From Piromyces finnis finn (taxonomy: Eukaryota > Fungi > Neocallimastigomycota): a DNA stretch of 23,156 bases. The notes beneath the pieces were generated by a model. The model ran no database searches. It was not told where the DNA came from and worked only from the letters and a program-made list of their open reading frames with translations. The stretch is from positions 1 through 23,156 of the forward strand of contig MCFH01000155.1 in the NCBI GenBank assembly GCA_002104945.1. The letters are read 5' to 3'. Shown piece after piece: positions 10,811 to 21,398 of this stretch (its first letter is position 1; every line of letters starts with the position of its first letter). Made by a program: the position numbers and the translations under genes.

Positions 10811-13800
10811 ATGAATATGAATAGCAACAACAAGTGCCATAATAATACTGAAAAAGAGTACAAGGACGATAGGATTATGAAAATAAATACACTAGAGAAT
10901 GAGAATGAAATTGATACTTCATATATAAAAGAAGACGCAAATATATAAAATGGAGTAAAGATAATAGGAATGAACATAATAGAAATGAAGATATGATTAT
11001 AAAAAGAATATAAACTTTGGAAATAAGAGTAACTTTATACTTGAAGAGAGGGAAATGAAGAAAGATAAAGAAACTATAAACGAAAATGATATTACAAATG
11101 ACAAAAAAATTTAAAGTTTAATAATGAAACTTTATCTAATGATAATATTAAAATTGAAAAAGGAAGCCATGCTTGAATACCAATGATACATTGATAATAT
11201 AAATAATAATAATAATTTTGATGGTGATAAAATAGACATTTTCGTAAAAAATAATTCAGAAGATAGTGAATCCGATTCAATAAAATTTAATAGTAAATAT
11301 AATTCAAGAGATCAATTTATCAAAGAGGATATTCAAAATTTATTTATACCCAGTATTTTTGATGATGTGATAATGGTCCTCGTGGTCCAGATGTACGATT
11401 GCATAGATATAATATAATTATTGGAATCCTAAAAATATTGATAGGCGTATTTGCAACAGCTGGTATTATATTATTAACTGTAATTTTGCTATGTATTACA
11501 ATCAATGTTGGTTATGTTTGTGTTCAAATTGATAAATAAATTCATTTGTACAAATGTTATTTTTATGTATTATTTTGATTCCTTATACAAAATTAATAGA
11601 TCAATTTGGAGAACATATTTAAGATTAATTCGTACGATAATAAATAGTAAATTTGGTTCATCCATGAATGATATTTTTATTAAAAGAGTACTAGGTTATT
11701 TCATAAGTCAAAAACTTACCTACATGACTCTTCCTGATAGATATAAAACACACCCAAAGGACTGGTATGAGAAAGTTAATATGACAGTATTTGTAATATT
11801 TATATTATACTACATCTTCCATTCCTATTAATTAGTATATGTTTTGGTTATTGGAAGATCACCGAAATTGTTTGCCTAATGTTTGTTGGTGGTGGTGCCA
11901 TTACGATATTGAGTTTAAATTTTTTTTCACGTGGTATTTTATATTTAAAGTTTTTAAAAGACTAGACGAATACTATTATAATGCACCATCTTTTGTAGAT
12001 ATTAAAGATCGTATTTATAATCAAACAAGTTATCTTAGAATAGTATACTGTAATACAAATAAGCTTAAATTTAATACTAATTATATAATTATGTATTAGA
12101 TCATTTAATTAAAATGTTTGTAGGAATTTCAATCGCTTCTTTTTTTTTTGGATCTTTTGATTCAAATGTAAAAAAATTAAGTTTTTTGTTTGGAATAATT
12201 CTAGTTCTTATTCCTGTTCGTTTTAGAAATAAAGTTCATAGATTAATTGTAAAAATGAAGATTTTTCCAAAAAGAAAACTTGAGAACAATGATCTACATA
12301 ATAAATTAAAGATAGGAAACAAGTCAATGAAGCGTTTAAGGAATATATCATTAGTAGAGAAAAATTCATACAATACTTTTATAATCAAAATAATATTAAA
12401 AATATAAAAAAAATTAATGATGATCTGTAGAAAATAACAAGGAAAATTGTTTAAAAACTTTGTAGAAAAAGAAAATAATTTAGATCGTATACATTTTGAT
12501 TCTAATGGTGATGATAATGACATATATAATAGTTTGCATAATAATGCAAATACAAATAGGATAAATAATAAAAGTGAATGTATAGGAGGTGAGAATGGAA
12601 ATATTAAATTTGACGTTGAAAACATAGATAACAAAAATGACAATTTTAATACTACAATGAATACTGATGATAAGAATATTGAAGCTATATTACCTTGGAA
12701 TAAGGAAAATTTTAATTATGGAAGGGATGTTTAACCGTTTCTTTGTTCGGTTCATAAAGAATATTATAGGAGTTGGTTCTATGGCATTTTTAAATTACTA
12801 TAAATATTCTAATAACATTGATAGTTCAAATGTCAAAACAACGAATAGTCTTTTGGTTGACATTTTTACGCATTCAATTTTTTGATAGCATTACTCGTCA
12901 AGATGTCATTCAAGTAATTCCAGCGAGCTCTGGTTTTATGTCCATGAAAATAAGGAAAATTATTTTTATTTTACTATTAATATTCGAGTTTTGTCTGGTT
13001 ATTATTATTCGTATTACCATAACAAATAACTATATACCAATGGCTTTTATTGTTATAGCTTATTCAACTTTAGCATCTATCCTGATCCCAGAAATACATG
13101 GGATGATGAAAATGTTGAAAGAAAAACCTTTCTTGATCTTTTCAAACCAAATATTAATATTCAACCAAGGATATCCTATAAGCATTTTGATAAAAGGAAA
13201 GGTTTCATTAGTAAAAAATCGAAAAAAGATATTCCTATCATGGATATTTCACTGGTATATAATGACCATGAAAATGAAAATTTATATGATGTATTAGGTA
13301 AGGAAGGTAAGTATACACCATCACCTAATGCTATTCCAATGAAAAAGGACCATGAAAGTTGTTCATATAATAATATATATTTTAATCAAGGGAAGAAGGG
13401 GAATGAATATACCAATGATTATATGATGATATTACCTATGACAATAGGAAGGAACCTACGGTACAACTCTATAAGACGGCTACAACAGAAACACAATATA
13501 AACGGAATGCTCGTGCACGTCATAATGGTTATGCAATTTTATTTGTAACCATAATAGTAATCATTGCCTCTATTTTAATTAGTATATTTCTAGACCATTC
13601 AAGAAAATATAAAACGGTACCATTTTTAGATAGTCCTAATATTTATAATCAAAAAACCAGCAATTTGTCAATGGAATATTGATGGTATTACTATTAATGA
13701 ATTTTCATCATTAGCTCAAGCCTGCTATTTAAAACAATTGACGGTGTGTTCCATTTTTGGTTGTATAATCGACCAAAATCTTCTAATAATAATTTATTAT

Positions 13801-14502
13801 AGGGGATAATAGCATTCACTCAAAAGGCGGTGTTCATTTCATCGATTTTGTTAATGAGGAAAAAAAAAATTATTGTTGTTGCAATTAGAGGAACTTCTAC
13901 CTTTGAAGATATTTTTCAAGATATTTATATTGGAGTGCGTCTGTTTTGCTTCAATTATTCGGCTTTTTTGGAACCTTTATAAATACTGGCCGAGAGAATT
14001 TGTCGCTTCATTAGTTAATTTTATTGTAAAACAATTTACAAATTCTCGACTTTATATTGGGTTGATGTTGAAAAACATATTTATGATTTAAAAATGAATA
14101 CTGATTATACTTTGTATCTTACTGGCCATTCTCTTGGTGGTGGTGTAGCTGGTGTTATCTCAGCTCATTTAGATATTCCTGCTATTACTTTTTCGTCCCC
14201 TGGTTTAGGTTATCCTACAAAACTTATGGCATTGAATTAAATAAATTAATACGAAATTTTGTTAATATCATACCCATGTTTGATCCTATACTATCATTGG
14301 ATTTACAAGTTGGGCAAATCCATAATATTGAGTGCAAGTCAGAGCAACCATTAACATGTCATAGAATGCCAATACTGTTGATACCCTGAATAAGATGTGT
14401 GGTGAGCAATCTTTATACAGTTATTGGGATGATAATGAAGAGGAAATGGTAGATGAAGAGGAAATGATAGATGGAAACTTTATTATAAGCTTAAAAAAAT
14501 AG
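10811..14502 (+). CDS. Polytopic membrane protein with C-terminal class-3 (alpha/beta-hydrolase) lipase domain, about 1200 aa; interrupted by many 1-bp frameshifts that are probably sequence errors
   Basis: ATG at 10811 (MNMNSNNKCHNNTEKEY...), an N/D/E/K-rich N-terminus, then about 8-9 hydrophobic segments. These are followed by ICQWNIDGITINEFSSLAQACY, KIIVVAIRGTSTFEDIFQD (about 13865-13925) and YTLYLTGHSLGGGVAGVISAHLDIPAITFSSPG (GHSLGG at 14124-14141). Further motifs are IIPMFDPI (candidate catalytic Asp) and ECKSEQPLTCH (candidate His). TAG at 14500-14502. The reconstruction needs no intron. Confidence 0.85.
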
Positions 14503-17500
14503 AATAAATGAAGGAATAAAGAGAGAATTCATAAAGTGATATATACATCATTATATTAATAAAAATTGGGTAGCACCAATATAAAAAAAAAAACCAAATT
14601 ATAAAATCTTTTTTCATTTTTAGAATATTTATATTTATATACATAACATTCCATAAACTAAAGTTTATTATTTTGCATCTTATTATTTATTATTTGGCTA
14701 TATTTATAAATTTTTTGAGTAGCTTCAATAAATAGAAGAAAATCATTTAAAGATTAATAATTTATAACAAAATCTCTTTTATAATCATTTAAATAAAATA
14801 AATAATATATATTAAATAAAAATCATTAGTTTTATATTACAAAACTAGGAAAGCAAAATAAACATTATTTAAAATATAACGAAAACAATGATTATATTCA
14901 TTATTATTTCATTGTCTTTTTAAAGTTTAATAATAATTGGATATTAACCAGAAAGATCTTTTTAATTTAGAATAAAATAATAATAATAAAATAATAAAAA
15001 TCACTTTATACATAAAATCAGTTTATTAGTTTAGTGTTTCATTAGGAAAAAAAAAAAAAAAAAAAAGTTTTTAATGCTATAATTCTAAAATGAAAATAAT
15101 GAAAATAATAATAATAAAAAAATAAATTAAATATTATATATATATATATAATTTAATTATATATATTTAATACAAATATATCTTAAAAAAAAAATTTAAA
15201 GATGAAATTACTTTTTTTTTTCTCTTCTTCTTCAAAATTAAAATACGTTTACTAAAAGTTATTATTACTAATTATTATAAAATAATATTACCATTTATAA
15301 TATCCTTTGAAATTTATACCTTTAAAAAAAATAATTTTTTTTTTTTTTGGGGGGTGTTATTAATATTTATTAAACTTGACATTCTTATTATTATAAATTA
15401 TTAGAATAGGTAGTATGATTTTTTTTTTCTATCATACGGAATAACGAAATCGAAAAACAAGTTTATTATATTCATTTTAAACCTTATTAAATGTGTTTTG
15501 GAAATAACCTATTTTTTTTTTTTATATTTTAATTCGTTTATTTATTATATAATTTATTACCATTACATATAATAAAAACAATTTACAACAGCAATTGAAC
15601 AATAATATTTAATTACTATTATATAATAATAATAATAGAAAATAGAAAATAATCTTTATAAACAGGAAATAAAAACAATATACTTACTATTTTAATTATT
15701 TTTTTTTAAATTCAATCATTATTATTTTTATGTGACTAAAATAAAATATATAAAATATTACAAAAACATCAAATCATTTATAAAAATAATATATAATTTA
15801 CTAGAAATAATATTTTATTAGTTAAAAGGAGGTAATAATAAAAAAGCAATTTGAATTCTTTTATTATAATTAATTAATATATAATATATGATTTAATCTA
15901 TAAAATTATTTATTTTATATTGCAAAATATACCTTACTTTATTGTGATAAATCATTTCCACAAGCAGACACTGATACTAATACTATTCCTAATAAGTAAT
16001 TGAAATTACATTACCTAATTGTAGTGTTTTTATTTTAAATTAAAATTATTGTATGTAAATGTATACATTAAATATATCAAAAATGGATCGTACAATAAAT
16101 ATATAATGGCTAAGTAATAGTTTTTTTATAAAAGTTATTAAAACATATTAACTTTAGAAATGATGCTTTATAATAATAAGTATTAATAACTAATTATCAA
16201 TGCTTTAACAATTTTTTTTTGTTATAAAAAGTTTAGTTATTTTTTATATAAAAAAAATAGTATTTAAAAATAAATAACTTTTTCTAATCTATAATTCTAT
16301 ATATTTCAATATTATTTAAAATAAAATAAACTCACATTAACTAATAATTCATTAATTTTAAAAAGAAGTTGACTTTATAAAATTAATTATTTTATTTCAT
16401 ATCTATTCCCTTTTTTTTTATTGATATATGAAACTGTATTCTTTAATTTTATTTTATAATATATATACTTTTTATTTTTGTATAATAAATAATTCTTTTA
16501 AATAAAAATAATTTTCAATTTGGTTTTAAATAGCAGTTTTTAAAGAATTATTTAAAATAAAAAGTTTGACAATAAAAGTATAATTCCAATAAAAAAATAA
16601 TAAAAAATAGTTATATTAATATAAAAATTAAAATGAATATTATAAATAATGTTATAAATATTTTAGTTTTATAATTTATAGTTCTTCATTCATAGTTTAT
16701 ATACAACATTATAAATGATTAGAAAAGATTCTTGTTTTTGTCAGGTCAGACATCCCCCTTCCTGACAGGTACAATAACATGTGGTCGGATTTTGAGACGT
16801 TCACTTGAATTAAATATAACTTTCATAGGTGACTTTTAATCATTTCAAGTTTAAAATGATATTATTATTTAATAATTATAAAATATTTAATATTCAACAA
16901 AATAATATTATATTACTCTATATATACTGTATAATATAATTTATTTAAATTCATTATTTAATATATAATGTTTAATTACATTAATATATGATTGAAATAT
17001 TGTACATTGAGCAGTCAATTATGTTGATTCTTTGTTAAAATTCTGCAAATTCGAAAATTGGAAAATATGGCATTTTCGAATATTCTAATTCTTTGAAGGA
17101 GTATTAGAAATAAATTATGTTAATTATGATTTAAATATGATATTTAACAGGTTTTATGTTCCAATAATAAATTAATGAATTATGGATTAAATGCTATTTT
17201 AAATGTAATTTAACTATTATTTGAATAATTAAACATAAAATAAAATAATAATTCGAGTGGAAAGAATACAAGGATCAAATTAAACTGAGAATTATAGTAA
17301 ATTTTCATGCTCACTGCACTTCAGCCCATAGTAATACCTTATATTATGGCCAACAATGATCAATGTTCAAAAAGTTTAATGGGATAGCCAAGGACGTCAA
17401 TGAGAAGAAAAAATAAGAAAGGATTTAACAGACAACTAATAATTTTTTCTTTTGATAAAATGTAACATCGAATCCTATTGAAAGACAAATGCAATATTAT

Positions 17501-19324
17501 ACTTAATAATAAAGTATTTATTTAAAACAATTAGTGGTTACAAAACTTTTAATAACAAATTGAATTCTTAACTTATAATTGATTATGATTAAATAAAGAA
17601 TATATTATATTTACAATTTATGAATTGAAATGAAATATTCTATTTTGTATTTTTTTAATGATAATAAATATTTAAAACAAATCATGTTTTTCAATAATTA
17701 AAAATTTCAAAATATAATGCTTTTTTAGTAAATATTGTTAATAATAAATAAAAAAAAATTATATTATTTATGGGTAGAATAAATCCTTATTAATCATCAT
17801 GATTTAGTAATAACACCGCCATAAAAGTTTTATGGGGATAGGGTATTTTCATGTAATATAACGATAGGTATAGTTATACTTTATAAAAATAATACATTTT
17901 ATATTTAATAAATTTTTAATTAAATCTTCTTTTAAATTAAATTAGAATAGGAAATGGAATCTTTTTTATTTTTATATATAAATGTTTTTACATTCCTTTT
18001 GTTAAGAGTCGTTGATTTAGGTTGTCAACTTTTTAATGTAAATTATGATAAAGAACTACCATGGTTACATTCTATTCAAACTACATATATTTATACATAT
18101 ATATTGTGGTTTGTTTATTTAATATAATACAATACATTTTAAAAAAAAAAATAATAAAAAAATACTATAATAGGATTATTATTAATGACCTTCATCTTGA
18201 TATTAATTACTTAATTATACAATTAATATTATTGTTTCAATGATTGTTTTAAAATTTGGATACTAAATTGTGGGTGATCTTCTAATTATTGTTAAGAATT
18301 CCAATGCTTAATTTCTAATATTGAAATATTTTACATTGTTGGCATCAACAAGAAGAATTTTTCTTTTCTTTTTTTTTTTCTAAAAAATTTTTAAATCCCA
18401 AAAAATTTCTAAATTTCTGTTAAAAGTATTTTAATAATTTTTCTACATTAATCTCTTTTTTTTTTTTTTATCATTTAAATTAAATATATTTAGAAATTTT
18501 GTGATTTATCTTAAACTTTGCTTGAATTACTTTTTTTTTTACTTTTTTTATTTTGAATTTGTATTTTTTTTTTCATTTGTGATATGCTATTTTAAGTATT
18601 TTAGAGATATTTGATATATATAGTATTATTGAAGACGTAATCCTACTTTTGCATATATTACTAATATTAAATCTTTTTATGATAATGCTAAAATAATTTG
18701 AAATAAGAATTATTATTATCACTTCCTTCTTCTGATTTTGGAAAAATATATGTAAAAGATATTTGAAAATTCTTTTCCTATGGATTAAATCCACAGAATT
18801 ATTTTCAAACTAACTTAAAAATCTCAATTATATTATTATTAGTTTAAAAAAATATAAAAAACATAATTTTTTTTATATTTTTTTATTTTTTATTTTTTAA
18901 AAAAAAGAGTAGAATTTAGTAGGCATGAAGATAACGTTTTTTTTTATCTTAAAAATAAAACAAAATTAAAATAATAAACATCTTTCAATTTATAAAGTAT
19001 TTTTTTTTTCCTTTTCTATATAAATCATTTATTTTTTTATTTGTTTAATTAAATATTGATTATATCACTTTTATTATTTTCTTATTTTATTTTTTTTTAT
19101 TATTAAAGAATTTATTATGTTATTTACTATTTTTTCTTTATTTTACTATAAAGTTTTTATTATTATTCATATACTTTCAATGTATATCTATTTTATTTTT
19201 TATTTTTTCATTTTTGATTAATAATATTAATAATAAAAAATTTAAAAATTGCTTTTAGTATTTATTCTTTAATGAAGTTAGAGGTTGAGTCATGCATATT
19301 ACCAGTGTTATGTTTCACCATTTT

Positions 19325-20995
19325 TCATTTAATATTATCTTCATAACTTGGAAGTAAATCTTCTTCTCCTCCAATGATAGTATTATTATTATTTGTATGA
19401 TTTAATGATTTTATATAGTTTGACTCATTTACAGAATTTAAAGGAATATCTGGAAGATTAGTTGAACTTTCTCCATTTCCAGAAATTGAAGTTGAGTTAA
19501 TGTGAACCTTATTTAAAGTAGAAAAGCTATTTCTTTCATTATTTTTCTTTTTTAAATCTCTATTTTTCCTTAAACAAGGAATATCAGGATGGTCAAAATA
19601 ATACTAATTATTCCAAATACAATGGCTATTATTAAAAAATGGATTTGTACCATTATCGGACTTTAGCATCTTTATTTAAATCATCTTTTCTTCTTTTTCT
19701 ACAACTTGTTTATTTTTATCATTATAATTATCATGAAAACTATATTATATTAAATGATGAATATTTGAATAAAAATGTTTTAATACAACTAATATAATTA
19801 TAATATATATAAACTATTATATAATAAATAAAATAAAAAAAAAAGTAAATTAAATACAATTTAGAAATATTATTATTTAATATTTCTTGAGGTATAGAAC
19901 CACTAAATCCGTTATTCCTAATATCTCTGAATATAATAAAAAGTTAAATATTATCAAGTTTTAGTTGTTGTTTGTTTTAGTTGATCATGAATTGTTTAAA
20001 AATATAATTATATAAATATTATAAATACAAAAAAAAAATTATAAAAAATTATATTTATTTATATATTCAAATAGTAAAAGATACTTTACAAATATTCTAA
20101 GTTTAACCTTCCAAGTTCAGGAGGGATAAAGCCACTTAAAAGATTATCTCTTAATGATCTATTTATTTAGTTAATAAAATAATTGTATATTTTTAAAGGA
20201 AAGTTTAATAATTTTTATTTTTATTTTTTTATAATATTAAATTATATCAATAAATAGGTACAAAATTTCCAATTTTAATAAATTTCCAAATTCAGATGGT
20301 ATTGAACCAGTAAAAGCATTATTACTAAGATATCTTTTTTTTATTATTATTTTATATAATAATGATAATGAATATTTTTAATAATTTTTTAAAAAAAAAA
20401 AAAAAAAAAATTAGAATAAAATTTATATTATCATTTATATTATGCAAATAACATATAAACAATCTTCACATATATTGCAAATTTGATAAATTCCCGAGCT
20501 CTGAAGGAAGGGAACCATGATAACCTTGATCACTAAGATCTCTATTTATCATATCGTAAAACATTATAATAAAATATATAGATTAGTGTATATATAAATA
20601 TATAAATAACTTTTAATTCTTCCTTCCTATATAAATGAAAAAGAATAATTACAGATAAACTAAACGTGTCAAATTTCCAAGTTCAGGAGGAATTGAACCA
20701 CCATACAAACCATTACTTAAATTTCTATTGTTTAATTAATTATTAAAAATAAATATTCATTATTTATACTATTAAGTAGAAATAAAAAAAAAAAAAAGTG
20801 AACTTTTTGTTTTTATCATTACATTACTGCTACGAATCCGTTTTCACATGTAATTCCATTATGAGTGCAACAATCATAATTATCAGATTCTCCTAACAAT
20901 TTATTTACTGCACTACAATCATTTACAAATACTGAAAAGACACCGTTTATTGTAAAAGTTAAATTGAACAGCAATAACAAAACCAACTTTTTCAT
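19325..20995 (-). CDS. LRR receptor-like single-pass membrane protein, paralog B (signal peptide, Cys-rich N-cap, 5 LRR exons, stalk, TM, cytoplasmic tail)
   Basis: Exons with GT-AG borders: 20995-20823 (MKKLVLLLLFNLTFTINGVFS...DCSAVNKLLGESDNYDCCTHNGITCENGFVAV), 20724-20653 (NLSNGLYGGSIPPELGNLTRLVY), 20541-20470 (DLSDQGYHGSLPSELGNLSNLQY), 20333-20262 (YLSNNAFTGSIPSEFGNLLKLEI), 20158-20090 (SLRDNLLSGFIPPELGRLNLEY), 19926-19858 (DIRNNGFSGSIPQEILNNNISK) and 19739-19325 (stalk, TM IAIVFGIISIILTILIFLV, tail ...LLPSYEDNIK*). The last exon has 1-bp frameshifts, and the true stop could be near 19262. Confidence 0.9.
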
Positions 20996-21398
20996 TTTTC
21001 AAATTTTTATTTTTTTTTTTAACTTTTTTACTTTTTCAAATTTATATATTTTTTATTAATTAAATTCTTTTTTTTTAACCAATAAAATTTTTTTTGTTTC
21101 AAATTTTCAAACTTTTTTAAAAAAAGCGGACGATTTTTGGACTTTTTTTATTTTTAAAAAAAAATGTAAAAAAAAAAAAAATCCGCCTTTTTATTTTAAT
21201 AAAATTAAAAAAAAAAAAAAAAAAATTCAAATTAAATAAATTTCTATTTTTTATTTTTTTTTATTTAAAACTATATTTAAATATTTTTTATTTTTTTATT
21301 TTTTTTTTTTTTTCATTTTTTTACTATGAAATTTTTTATTATTTTTAATATACTTTCAAAGTATACTTTTTCATTTTTTTTATTTTTAAAAATTATTT

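Larger units (their letters stand above)
6298..12555. repeat. Right arm of giant inverted repeat
   Basis: Reverse-complement copy of 1-6296. Differences are mostly 1-bp indels in short runs, for example 4 single-base deletions relative to the left arm over roughly its first 250 bases. Confidence 0.97.

Noticed and set aside
1-12555. Arms as terminal inverted repeats of a giant transposon, Polinton or linear virus
   Set aside because: No transposase, integrase, protein-primed polymerase, capsid or resolvase was recognised. The arms contain ordinary host genes, and the right arm continues seamlessly into the lipase CDS.
14101-14400. Calling the lipase ATG15 or DAGL
   Set aside because: The motifs are only partly similar and the architecture differs, so orthology cannot be established by eye.
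10811-14502. Programmed frameshifting, RNA editing or an alternative (TAA/TAG=Gln) code to explain the broken ORFs
   Set aside because: The breaks are 1-bp indels that differ between the two arms. Gln is encoded by CAA, and the genes end at TAG, TAA or TGA, so sequencing error is the simpler explanation.
14503-16700. Poly-A/T and (TA)n tracts in the long intergenic region
   Set aside because: This is ordinary low-complexity sequence for this base composition, and no higher-order periodicity was seen.
18061-18243. 60-aa plus-strand ORF
   Set aside because: It has an I/Y/K-rich composition expected by chance in AT-rich DNA and no motif.
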